Positions 1-9,692 of a stretch of 32,000 nt of DNA are shown piece after piece. The position numbers and the translations under genes are program-made. The DNA is taken from positions 270,001 to 302,000 of the forward strand of contig NZ_CP027570.1 in NCBI RefSeq assembly GCF_003010495.1, read 5' to 3'. The number at the start of each line of letters is the position of its first letter. Position 1 is the stretch's first letter. Under the pieces are notes generated by a model, which ran no database searches, was not told where the DNA came from, and worked only from the letters and a program-made list of their open reading frames with translations. Source of the stretch: Megasphaera elsdenii DSM 20460. Its GTDB lineage: Bacteria > Bacillota > Negativicutes > Veillonellales > Megasphaeraceae.

Positions 1-526
1 CGGGAACGAGCGTTTTCGGGGAACAATCCGGCGGCAAGGGCAATTCCCGCGCTTCATAGGGGTGCTGCAGGCCATAGGCGAACTGTTCTTTCGTATATTC
101 CGAAGCATCGCGTCCGAGGGACATGACCATCGTCCCGTGGATGGGACAGAAGCCGCAGCGCTGGAGGAAGGCCGTATGCAGGGCCGTAATGTCGCTGAAA
201 CCGACGAACAGTTTCGGGTGCGCCGCAATGAGGTCATAGTCCAAAAGCGGCAGGATGCGCGTCGCGCCGTAGCCGCCGCGCAGGCAGACGATGGCCTTGA
301 CGGTGTCGTCGGCAAAGGCGTCGTTGATATCGGCGGCCCGCAGCCTGTCGGGGCCGGCCAGATAGCCGTCAAAGGCGGATACGGATTTCCCGATTTTCAA
401 TTCATAGCCGAGAGAGCGCAGAAAGACGAGGCCCTTGGTCACATCGGCGCCGGCCAGGGTCGAAGACGGGGCGACGACGGCGATAGTGTCGCCAGGCTGT
501 AAGGGGACTGCATAGGTATACTCCAT
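1..526 (-). CDS. ldcA: LD-carboxypeptidase (peptidase S66, LdcA-like); the C-terminus runs off the left window edge
   Basis: It is absent from the ORF track because it is open at the window edge. My reverse-strand translation from the ATG at 526-524 reads MEYTYAVPLQPGDTIAVVAPSSTLAGADVTKGLVFLRSLGYELKIGKSV...KAIVCLRGGYGATRILPLLDYD...HPKLFVGFSDITALH. The VVAPS strand, RGGYG and the GFSDIT nucleophile-serine motif are S66 hallmarks. An AAAGGAAG SD lies about 8 nt upstream, and the start is 5 nt after the oppA stop. Confidence 0.8.
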   Translation of the reverse strand, partial: MEYTYAVPLQPGDTIAVVAPSSTLAGADVTKGLVFLRSLGYELKIGKSVSAFDGYLAGPDRLRAADINDAFADDTVKAIVCLRGGYGATRILPLLDYDLIAAHPKLFVGFSDITALHTAFLQRCGFCPIHGTMVMSLGRDASEYTKEQFAYGLQHPYEARELPLPPDCSPKTLVP

Positions 527-530
527 AAGG

Positions 531-2119
531 CTACTTCCTTTCTGTTTCATCGATATAGGCTTTCTTGAAGTCGACCAGTCCCAGCGGCGACCAGTGATAG
601 CCTTTGATGTACGGCTGGACTACATAGGGCTGCGTCGTGTAATACAAAGGGATGATGACGCAGTCATCGAAAAGCATCTGCTCGGCTTCATGGAGATAGG
701 CCATGCGCTGGGCTTCGTCGTTGCTGGCTTTCGCCTTGGCAATGAGGGCGTTGTACGCCGGATTGTGATACTGGGCGTCATTTTCCTCATCGGCAAAGAC
801 GTCGAGGAAGGTCATTGGGTCGATGTAGTCGGCGATCCACGAAGCCCGGGCCAGCTGATAGTCGCCTTGGGCACGAGTGGCCATGAAGACTTTCGATTCC
901 TGGTTGGTGATATGGACGTCGACGCCGAGATTTTCTTTCCACATGGCCTGCAACGCTTCGGCGACGGCCTTGTGCATTTCATTGGTGTTGAAGAGGAGCG
1001 TCACTTCCGGCAGAGGATGCGAGTCGTCGTAACCGGCTTCTTTCAAGAACTGCCGGGCTTTAGCCGGGTCCTCGCTGATGAGGCTGCCCCCTTCCTTACG
1101 GAAATCGCGGCCTGTGGCCTTATTCTTCAGTCCCGGCGGGACCCAGGCATAAGCCGCTTCCTTTTCGCCGCGGACGATGTACTTCATCAGGCTTTCCCGC
1201 TGGACGGCCAGGGCAAAGGCTTTGCGGACGCGGACGTCGTCAAAGGGCTTTTTCTGGACATTGAAGACGTAATAATAGGCACCGAGATAAGGGGCGATCT
1301 TATAGAGGCCCAGCTTTTCCAGCCGTTCCTGGTCAGCCGGCGGCGGTTCGACAGTCATATTGGCCTGATTGCTTTCGACCAGGGTCAGGCGTGTCGCCTG
1401 GGAGTCACTGATGGGGAAGTCGATGTGGTCCAGGATGACCGAATCGGCATCCCAATAGCGGTCGTTCTTGACCAGCTTGATTTCGCTGGAATGGTTCCAG
1501 GATACGATTTTATAAGGGCCATTGCAGATCATGCCGTCGGCATCGGCAGCCCACGTATTGGGCTTGGCTTCGACGAGCTGGCGCGGCACGGGATAATAAC
1601 AGTGGAAAGCCGTCAGGTTGAGAAAATATGGCGTCGGTTCTTTCAGATGGACGACCAGGGTCTGGTCATCGACGGCTTTGACGCCGACTTCATCGGCTGA
1701 GGCTTTCTTGTTGAAATAGTCTTCGGCCTTGTCGATGCAAAAGAGCATATAGGCATTTTCCGAAGCCACGTCAGGATCGACGACGCGCTTCCAGGAATAT
1801 TCCAGGTCGCCTGCCGTAATCGGCGTGCCATCGCTCCATTCGATGCCTGGACGCAGGTGGAAGGTATAGGTCTTGCCATCGGGTGAAATGTCCCAGCTTT
1901 CGGCCAGGGCCGGCTGAGGGACATCGTCATCATCGAGGCGGGTCAGGCCTTCAAAAATCTGCAATTCCGTATTGCTTTCGACGAGAGCCGTCGTCATGGC
2001 CGGGTCCAGCCGCGACGGTTCCGCTTCCAGGACATAGCTGACCGTATCGGGATGCTGGATGCCGCAGCCACTGAACAGGACGACCACCAGCAGACAGGTC
2101 AGGAGCAAGCATAACTTTT

Positions 2120-2123
<4 letters not shown>
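531..2123 (-). CDS. oppA: Peptide ABC transporter substrate-binding lipoprotein (SBP family 5, OppA/MppA-like)
   Basis: The 530-aa ORF has an N-terminal lipoprotein signal, MKKLCLLLTCLLVVVLFSGCG, with an LFSGC lipobox. Its length and sequence style are typical of family-5 peptide-binding proteins. A GAGGAGG SD is present, and the ATG overlaps the oppF stop (ATGA). Confidence 0.9.
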
Positions 2124-3084
<961 letters not shown>

Positions 3085-3088
<4 letters not shown>

Positions 3089-4077
3089 GGCAATGCCTCC
3101 TTTGCCGCTGCGGCCTGGGCCAGCCAGCACCGGTAGTAATGGCCCGGCCCGGCTTCTTCCCGCGGCGGGGCCGCTTCCATGCAGGCTTTCATGGCCCGGG
3201 GGCAGCGCGGATAGAAGCGGCAGCCCTGGGGCATGTGGAATAAGTCCGGTGCCTGGCCGGGAATCCCGGTCAGGGCCTTGTCTTTCTGGGATGGATCCGG
3301 CAGAGACGCCAAGAGGCCCTTCGTATAGGGATGGGCCGGACGATAAAAGATATCGTCTGCCGTCCCCTCTTCGACGACGACGCCGGCATACATGACGTAA
3401 ATGCGGCGGCACATCTGGGCGATGACGCCGAGATTATGGGAGATGAGGACGACGGCCATGCCCAATTCGGCCTGGAGGCGCTTGAGGACATCCAGGACCT
3501 GGGCTTCGGTCGTCACGTCGAGGGCCGTCGTCGGTTCGTCAGCAAAGAGGAGCCGCGGCGAACAGGACAGAGCCATGGCGATGAGACAGCGCTGGCGCAT
3601 GCCGCCCGATAATTCATGGGGATACTGGTGGAGCCGCTTTTCCGGCGACGTCAGGCCGACGGCTTTGAGCAGTTCCAGGGCCTTGGCCTGGCAGGCTTTG
3701 CGCCCCAGGTGCTGGTGCAGGGCAATGCCCTCGCAGAGCTGGGTCCCGATGGTCAGGACGGGATTGAGCGACGTCATGGGGTCCTGGAAGATCATGGCCA
3801 TGTCGCGGCCGCGCAGGTGGTTCATCTTCTGTTCCGACAAGGGGATGACGTCGCGGCCATCCCAGAGAATCTGGCCGCTCGTATATTCCGTCGCTTCTGC
3901 CGGCAGCAATTTCATGGCCGCCTGGGATGTGACGGATTTGCCGCAGCCCGACTCGCCGACGATGCCGACGGTTTCGCCGGGATTGACTGTGAGCGACACG
4001 TCATGGATGGCTTCCAGCAGGCCCCGGTAGGTATGGAAAAAAATGGTTAAATGGCGAACCTCTAAGAGTGCTTGCAT
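3085..4077 (-). CDS. oppD: Oligopeptide ABC transporter ATP-binding protein (OppD-type)
   Basis: Walker A GESGCGKS, signature LSGGMRQRCLIAMAL and Walker B LFADEPTTALD are present, with a C-terminal HPYT...CRFYPRCP motif. The start is taken at MQALLEVRHL (ATG at 4077), which shares one nucleotide with the oppC stop (TGATG). Confidence 0.9.
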
Positions 4078-4985
4078 CAGCGTCCCTCCTTCTGATTCTG
4101 CGGATCCAAGGCGTCGCGCAGGCCGTCGCCGAGGAACATGAAGCCCAGCATGGTAATGCACAGGGCCAGGGCCGGAAAGACGAGCTGGAACGGGAAGGAA
4201 CGCATACTGTTGATACCTTCAGACGCCAGGACACCCCAGCTGGCCATGGGCGCCGAGACGCCGAGGCCGATGAAGCTCAAAAAGGCTTCCGTAAAAATGG
4301 CATCGGGAATGGACAAGGTCAGGGTGACGATGATCGGCCCGACGCAGTTGGGGATCATGTGGCGGCAGAGGATGTGCCACGTCGACGTCCCGCAGGACCG
4401 GGCGGCCATGACGTATTCCTGCTGCTTCAGGCTGAGAATCTGGCCGCGGACGATGCGGGCCATGTTGAGCCAGTAGGCAATGCCCAAGGCCAGGTAGATA
4501 TTGAGCAGGCCCGGTTTAAAGACGACCATGAGCAAGATGACATAGAGCAGCATGGGAATGGAATAGAGGATATCGACAATGTGCATCATGATCTGGTCCG
4601 TCCGACCGCCAGCCAGGCCGGCAATGCCGCCGTAGATGACGCCGATGAAGACGTTGATCAAGCTGGCCACGAGGCCGATGGACAAGGAAATGCGGGCGCC
4701 ATAGAGGACGCGGACCAGGAGATCCCGGCCCAACGAATCGGTGCCGAACCAATGGGCAGCCGACGGCCAGGCATTGGCAGCCGTCAAATCCTGGTCGGCA
4801 TAGGTATACGGTGCCAGCCAGGGACCGGCAATGGCCAGGATGCTCATGATGACGACGATGGCCAGGCCCCATAAAGCCAGGCGGTTCTTCTTCATCTGCC
4901 GCCAGCCCCGGTCGCGCAGGGTCTGCGGCGGTACATACGGTTCCGTCCGGTCCGCAGCCGTAAGCGGTGTAAAATCCATCATCAT
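4077..4985 (-). CDS. oppC: Oligopeptide ABC transporter permease (OppC-type)
   Basis: This is a multi-TM protein of BPD-transporter permease type, with an N-terminal OppC-style extension. Three consecutive ATGs lie at 4985, 4982 and 4979, directly after a GAAGGAGGG SD, so the third ATG (4979) may be the real start. The first ATG overlaps the oppB stop (ATGA). Confidence 0.88.
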   Translation of the reverse strand: MMMDFTPLTAADRTEPYVPPQTLRDRGWRQMKKNRLALWGLAIVVIMSILAIAGPWLAPYTYADQDLTAANAWPSAAHWFGTDSLGRDLLVRVLYGARISLSIGLVASLINVFIGVIYGGIAGLAGGRTDQIMMHIVDILYSIPMLLYVILLMVVFKPGLLNIYLALGIAYWLNMARIVRGQILSLKQQEYVMAARSCGTSTWHILCRHMIPNCVGPIIVTLTLSIPDAIFTEAFLSFIGLGVSAPMASWGVLASEGINSMRSFPFQLVFPALALCITMLGFMFLGDGLRDALDPQNQKEGR

Positions 4986-5914
4986 CCCTCCTTCTTTCCA
5001 TCTATGGTAATCCGCGGGTCCAAGAGCGGATAAATGACATCGATGAGCAGATTCATCATCATAATGAGGAAACTGTAAAAAATCGTAATGCCCAAAATGA
5101 CCGTATAGTCGCGGTTATAGATACTGGTGACGAAGTGGCGCCCCAGGCCGGGAATGGCAAAGATCGTCTCGACGATGAAGCTCCCCGTCAAGAGAGCCGC
5201 CGCCAAAGGGCCGATGTAGCTGACGACGGGCAGCAGGGCGTTGCGCAAAGCATGGCGGCAGATGAGGGACCGCGTGCCGATGCCCCGCGACCGGGCCGTG
5301 CGGATATAGTCCTGTCCCAGGGCATCGAGCAGGCTCGACCGGGTCAGGCGCATGATGAAGGCCGTCGGCTGGGCTGCCAGGGCCAGGGCCGGCAGGATGA
5401 CGTAAGCCGGCCCCTTCCACAACGCCGCCGGCAGGATGGGCCAGGTAAAGGCGAAGAGCTGGATGAGGACGGCCGCCAGGATGAAACTGGGTACGGAGAC
5501 GCCCAGCGTGGCGCCGATCATCATGGCATAGTCTATCCAGGTATTCTTGTACCAGGCCGCCGCCATGCCGGCCAGGACGCCGGCGCCGATGGCCAGGAGC
5601 AGGCTGATAATCCCCAGCTGAGCCGACACGGGGAAGGTTTCGGCAATGATATCGTTGACGGTCTTGCCGGGATACTTATAAGACGGGCCCAAATCGAGGA
5701 CGGCCGCATGGCGGACGTAGTCGACATACTGGGACCACAAGGGTTCGTCGAGGTGATATCGGGCTTCGACGGTCGCCATGACGGCCGGCGGCAGCTTTTT
5801 TTCCTGGGTAAAGGGACCGCCCGGGATGGCGTGCATGAGGCCAAAGGTAATGGTAATGATCGCCCATAAGACGACACAGGCGCCGAGGAGGCGCTTTGCA
5901 AGGTAAATGGCCAA
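4982..5914 (-). CDS. oppB: Oligopeptide ABC transporter permease (OppB-type)
   Basis: This is a six-TM-type permease of the ABC BPD family. The track starts it at the ATG at 5938. I prefer the TTG at 5914 (MAIYLAKRLLGA...), because a strong GAAAGGAAGGAA SD lies 6 nt upstream and the predicted promoter -10 is only 11 nt from the 5938 ATG. Confidence 0.88.
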   Translation of the reverse strand: MAIYLAKRLLGACVVLWAIITITFGLMHAIPGGPFTQEKKLPPAVMATVEARYHLDEPLWSQYVDYVRHAAVLDLGPSYKYPGKTVNDIIAETFPVSAQLGIISLLLAIGAGVLAGMAAAWYKNTWIDYAMMIGATLGVSVPSFILAAVLIQLFAFTWPILPAALWKGPAYVILPALALAAQPTAFIMRLTRSSLLDALGQDYIRTARSRGIGTRSLICRHALRNALLPVVSYIGPLAAALLTGSFIVETIFAIPGLGRHFVTSIYNRDYTVILGITIFYSFLIMMMNLLIDVIYPLLDPRITIDGKKEG

Positions 5915-5949
5915 TTCAGGTTCCTTCCTTTCCAACATAGATACTATTC

Positions 5950-5978
5950 ATTATAAGGCTCCCCTTCTGTCATGACAA
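5950..5978 (-). promoter_or_regulatory. Putative sigma-70-type promoter of the opp operon
   Basis: The minus strand reads TTGTCA (5978-5973), a 17-nt spacer, then TATAAT (5955-5950). Confidence 0.55.
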
Positions 5979-5979
5979 G

Positions 5980-6008
5980 TTGTAATCCCTAAAAAGGCGG
6001 CGTATAAT
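5980..6008 (+). promoter_or_regulatory. Putative sigma-70-type promoter of the MFS transporter gene
   Basis: The plus strand reads TTGTAA (5980-5985), a 17-nt spacer, then TATAAT (6003-6008). It sits back to back with the opp -35 box. Confidence 0.55.
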
Positions 6009-6028
6009 AAGAAGTTAGCACGTTAACA

Positions 6029-7243
6029 ATGAACACGAGAAAGGTGATCGATGTGAACTGGAAATTCTGTTTAGCCATTCTAACCTGCAATGTCATCTTC
6101 ATGTCTTCGAGCTATACCATGCTCATCCCCTTCCTGCCCATGTATCTGACCCGGGAATTAGGCGTCGATGCCGCTTCCGTCAATATCTGGTCAGGCGTCG
6201 TCTTTTCATCGACCTTCCTGGTCAGCGCCGTCATGGCACCTATCTGGGGGCGCATGGCCGACCGGCGGGGCAAGCGGCTCATGGCCATCCGGGCCAGCCT
6301 GCTCTTATCGATCAGCTACTTCCTCGGCGGCATCGTCACGTCGCCGCTGCAGCTGACCTTCATGCGCATGTTCCAGGGCTTCGCCTCGGGCCTGTGGCCG
6401 ATGGAACTGGCCATCATGACCATTTATGCGCCGCCGAAGAAACTGGGCATCTGCCTGGGCATCATGCAGGGCGCCCTGACGGCAGGCGGCATCATCGGCC
6501 CCCTCTTCGGCGGTATCCTGGCCGAAGTCTTCGGCATGCGCATGTCCTTCTTCCTGGCCGCAGCCGCCCTGTTCCTGAACTTCATCGTCCTGGTCTTCTT
6601 CATCAAGGAACCGCCGACGGATACAGCCGGCGCAGACAGCGCCGCCGACAGCGAAGGGGATAAGGTCAGTCTCTGGAAGATTCCCGTCATCCGCCTGATG
6701 CTGGTCAGTGCCGCCCTGGTCCAGGTCGTCATCCTCATCGTCCAGCCCATCTTGACGACGTACATTTCCCACCTGGCCGGCGACTTGGACAACCTGGTCT
6801 TCATTTCCGGCCTCATCTTCTCGATGAGCGGTTTTTCCAGCGCCATCACGGCGCCGCTGTGGGGCCGCTTCGGCCAGCATCACGGCTTCGTCAAGGCCCT
6901 GCGATTGTCCCTGGTCCTGGCGGGGATTTTCTTCTTCGTCCAGGCCCTCCCGGACACGCTGTACACCTTTGCCGCCAGCCAGTTCGCCATCGGCCTCTTC
7001 TTCTCCGGTATCTATCCGTCGATCAACGCCATTTTAGCCGAAAAGACCAGTGCCAGCATCAAAGGCCGCGTCTTCGGCCTCATGTTCTCAGCCCAGCAGA
7101 TCGGCGCCATGGGCGGTCCCATCCTGGGCGGCGTCATCGCCACCTTCCTGGGCATGAAATACGTCTTCTTGGCCGCCGGCGCCCTGCTGCTCTTCATCAG
7201 CCTCGCCGTCCAGCGCAAAGCCCGCCAGCTCCACGAAGCCTAG
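6029..7243 (+). CDS. MFS transporter (DHA1/multidrug-efflux-like, 12 TM)
   Basis: The protein is hydrophobic over its whole length. MFS motif A is present between TM2 and TM3 (GRMADRRGKRLM). The ATG at 6029 has no SD. The in-frame GTG at 6053 is preceded by AAAGGTG and would give MNWKFCLAILT..., so it may be the true start. Confidence 0.85.
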   Translation: MNTRKVIDVNWKFCLAILTCNVIFMSSSYTMLIPFLPMYLTRELGVDAASVNIWSGVVFSSTFLVSAVMAPIWGRMADRRGKRLMAIRASLLLSISYFLGGIVTSPLQLTFMRMFQGFASGLWPMELAIMTIYAPPKKLGICLGIMQGALTAGGIIGPLFGGILAEVFGMRMSFFLAAAALFLNFIVLVFFIKEPPTDTAGADSAADSEGDKVSLWKIPVIRLMLVSAALVQVVILIVQPILTTYISHLAGDLDNLVFISGLIFSMSGFSSAITAPLWGRFGQHHGFVKALRLSLVLAGIFFFVQALPDTLYTFAASQFAIGLFFSGIYPSINAILAEKTSASIKGRVFGLMFSAQQIGAMGGPILGGVIATFLGMKYVFLAAGALLLFISLAVQRKARQLHEA

Positions 7244-7250
7244 GACGGGC

Positions 7251-8861
7251 TCAGCCCCGCGTGCCGCGGTTATGGGTGTAATTGGGCAGTAGCTTCGGCG
7301 ACAAGATATCGTCGTGTATCCCAGCTGCTTCCCGTTCCTGGTCAAAACGGCGGACGTGGTCGAGGGTCCCCTTGCCGGGCTGGGCCGTCTGGCTGTAAGA
7401 AGCCGCTTCCATGCCGGCAATGCGGCCGAAGACGATGATGTCCAGGAGGCTGTTGCCCATGAGGCGGTTCGTCCCGTGGATGCCGCCGACATCCTCGCCA
7501 GCTGCATAGAGGCCGGGGATCTTCGTTTCACTCTTGGCACCGATGCAGATACCGCCGTTCTGGTAGTGCAGGGTCGGATAGACCAGGATAGGCTGCTTGC
7601 GGATATCGATGCCGAATTTTTCGTACATGTGGATCATGGCCGGCAGGCGTTTTTCCATGGTCCCTTCGCCATTGATGAGGTCGACCATGGGCGTATCGAG
7701 CCAGACAGCCGGACCGTGGAGGGCGTAGATGCCCTTGTCCCGTTCCTGACATTCGCGGATGATGGCTGCCGCTACGACATCACGCGTTTCCAAGGGATGG
7801 AGGAAGGCTTCGCCGTTCTTATTGACCAGCATGGCTCCCAGGGAGCGGACCTTTTCCGTCACCAAGGCCCCGTAGATCTGCGGCGGGTAAGCCGCCCCGG
7901 TCGGATGATACTGGATGGCATCGGCATAGATGAGGGGCACGCCGGCGCGATAGGCCATGACCAGGCCGTCTGCCGTCGAGCCGTAGTGGTTGGACGTGGG
8001 GAAGCCCTGATAATGGAGGCGCCCGGCACCGCCCGTGGCTATGATGACGCTCTTGGCCCGGACGACGTGGTATTCGTGCGTATCGAAGTCGTAGAGGACG
8101 GCACCGGCCGCCTGCCCTTCCCCATCGAGGAGGAGTTCGACAGCCGGCGAATATTCGACGACGTCGACACCAGCATTGCGCACTTCATCGCGGAGGACGC
8201 GCATGATTTCGGCACCGGTATAGTCGCCGCAGGCATGCATGCGCTTGCGCGACGTGCCGCCGCCGTGGGTCGTGACCATGGAGCCGTCGCTGTCCTTGTC
8301 AAAGAGGACACCCAGCGAACTGAGCCAGTGGATGGCTTCCGGCCCGTGGAGGACGAGTTCGGCCAAGAGTTCCGGTTTATTCTTATAATGACCTCCGCCA
8401 ATGGCATCGAGATAATGGGCCGCCGGCGAATCGTTTTCTTTGTCCGCCGCCTGGATGCCGCCTTCAGCCATGCCCGTATTGGCATCGCCCAGGCGCAGTT
8501 TCGTCGCCATGAGGACCCGGGCGCCGTGGCGGGCCGCTTCGATAGCCGCCGCGGCACCGGCACCGCCGCCGCCGATGACCAGGACGTCCGTCTCGAACTG
8601 GATGTGGTCCAGGTCGACATCGGCCGTATCCATGCGGCTCTTGCCCTGCAGGAGGGCTGCCAGTTCTTTCGGCACTTTATCGCCTTTGTTCGGGCCCGCC
8701 GTGAGGACGGCAAAACCTTCTTCATGGTAATCCGGGTGGTACTGGCGCAGGAGTTCCCCCTTTTCTTCAGCCGTGAAGCGCGGCAATTCTTCAGACAAAC
8801 GGATATTCCGCGTAGCTTCGACCCGCGCCTGGGAAGCCCGCATTTCTTCTGTATAGATCAT
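7251..8861 (-). CDS. FAD-dependent flavoprotein of the fumarate reductase/succinate dehydrogenase/L-aspartate oxidase family
   Basis: The dinucleotide fold DVLVIGGGGAGAAAAIEAA begins near residue 92. Family active-site motifs are present: QYHPTG, VTEKVRSLG (TE..R) and HGTNRLMGNSLLD. The position of the covalent-FAD histidine (RSHTVAAEGG in E. coli FrdA) reads DANTGMAEGG. An AGGGGGA SD is present. Confidence 0.85.
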   Translation of the reverse strand: MIYTEEMRASQARVEATRNIRLSEELPRFTAEEKGELLRQYHPDYHEEGFAVLTAGPNKGDKVPKELAALLQGKSRMDTADVDLDHIQFETDVLVIGGGGAGAAAAIEAARHGARVLMATKLRLGDANTGMAEGGIQAADKENDSPAAHYLDAIGGGHYKNKPELLAELVLHGPEAIHWLSSLGVLFDKDSDGSMVTTHGGGTSRKRMHACGDYTGAEIMRVLRDEVRNAGVDVVEYSPAVELLLDGEGQAAGAVLYDFDTHEYHVVRAKSVIIATGGAGRLHYQGFPTSNHYGSTADGLVMAYRAGVPLIYADAIQYHPTGAAYPPQIYGALVTEKVRSLGAMLVNKNGEAFLHPLETRDVVAAAIIRECQERDKGIYALHGPAVWLDTPMVDLINGEGTMEKRLPAMIHMYEKFGIDIRKQPILVYPTLHYQNGGICIGAKSETKIPGLYAAGEDVGGIHGTNRLMGNSLLDIIVFGRIAGMEAASYSQTAQPGKGTLDHVRRFDQEREAAGIHDDILSPKLLPNYTHNRGTRG

Positions 8862-8870
8862 AGTGTCCCC

Positions 8871-9542
8871 CTATTTCTCGATATCCCGCGATTCATACAA
8901 GCGGTGCAATTCGGCGTCATCGGCTTCCATCAGATGCCGGACGTCGGCTGCGAACTGGCCTTCCTCGATGGCCTGGACGCGCTGTTCCAGATGCTTGCTC
9001 TTCTTGGCGATGTACTTGCCCATGAGGCGCCGCGCCAGGAGGCCGACGGCACCGTGACTGATCTTGGCCGGACAGCTGGCCGCACAGATATTGCAGCAGA
9101 CACAGCGGAAGGATTCCTTGGCACAGCCGGCATAGTCACCGCGCTGGGCCAGGGCGATGTATTTCATGACCTGGATGCCTTGAGGGCAGTTCCGCGTACA
9201 GGCATTGCAATGGATGCAGTTGTAGATTTCCGGATAGAGCTGGCCGACGACGTTGCCGGCAACGGGCAGGTCTTCCATATCGTAATCCCGCTTCTTGATG
9301 GGGAACGATTCCAGGCGGCCGACGCACATGCCGTCTTCGACTTTCGTCTGACAGGCCAGGGCCGAATGGGTCTCCGTCTGGCCCTGCAGGCGGTAGACGA
9401 CGGCACAGGCCCCGCAGAACCCGCTGCGGCAGCCGCAGCCCCGGACGAGGCGGAAGCCGGAATATTCCATGGCCCGCATGATCGTCAGATCTTCAGGGAC
9501 CGAAAATTTCTTGCCTAATAAATAGACCGTTACCATTTTCAT
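8871..9542 (-). CDS. Iron-sulfur subunit (SdhB/FrdB-like; a 2Fe-2S-type N-terminal motif plus two CxxCxxCxxxCP motifs)
   Basis: The start is chosen at MKMVTVYLLGKKF (ATG at 9542), which has an AAGGAG SD. Cys motifs are CGCRSGFCGACAV, CIHCNACTRNCP and CVCCNICAASCP. The gene ends 10 nt before the flavoprotein start. Confidence 0.8.
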   Translation of the reverse strand: MKMVTVYLLGKKFSVPEDLTIMRAMEYSGFRLVRGCGCRSGFCGACAVVYRLQGQTETHSALACQTKVEDGMCVGRLESFPIKKRDYDMEDLPVAGNVVGQLYPEIYNCIHCNACTRNCPQGIQVMKYIALAQRGDYAGCAKESFRCVCCNICAASCPAKISHGAVGLLARRLMGKYIAKKSKHLEQRVQAIEEGQFAADVRHLMEADDAELHRLYESRDIEK

Positions 9543-9573
9543 GATGAGAAAACTCCTTTGTGAATGAATGGCA

Positions 9574-9603
9574 AAAGGGCTTGTCGTACACGACAAGCCC
9601 TTT
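9574..9603 (-). terminator. GC-rich hairpin, the likely pyc terminator or attenuator
   Basis: The hairpin is AAAGGGCTTGTCG-TACA-CGACAAGCCCTTT, a 13-bp stem. On the minus strand it is followed by TTTTG. It lies about 90 nt after the pyc stop and only 31 nt upstream of the FeS-subunit start codon. Confidence 0.6.
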
Positions 9604-9619
9604 TTAAGTTTGACGTTGA

Positions 9620-9686
9620 AAGTATGATGTTTGATGTAGAAGGGGCTAATTTAAAACCATCACTTCAAACATCAAACATCATACTT
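9620..9686. repeat. 18-bp perfect inverted repeat built from 7-nt-periodic units
   Basis: Positions 9620-9637 (AAGTATGATGTTTGATGT) are the exact reverse complement of 9669-9686, with a 31-nt loop. Both arms are heptad-periodic. The right arm reads CTTCAAA|CATCAAA|CATCATA|CTTCAAA and abuts the pyc stop (9693-9695). Confidence 0.8.
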
Positions 9687-9692
9687 CAAACA

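Noticed and set aside
62-502. 146-aa plus-strand ORF at the left edge
   Set aside because: It is exactly antisense to a reverse-strand reading frame with clear peptidase S66 (LdcA) motifs. It has a GTG start and no SD, and its Arg/Ala/Gly-rich composition is typical of shadow ORFs in GC-rich DNA.
7314-9518. 734-aa plus-strand ORF
   Set aside because: It is antisense to the flavoprotein and FeS-subunit genes, which carry unmistakable FAD and Cys-cluster motifs. It spans an intergenic gap between two real genes, has no recognisable motif or SD, and has a low-complexity D/A/R/G/F-rich composition.
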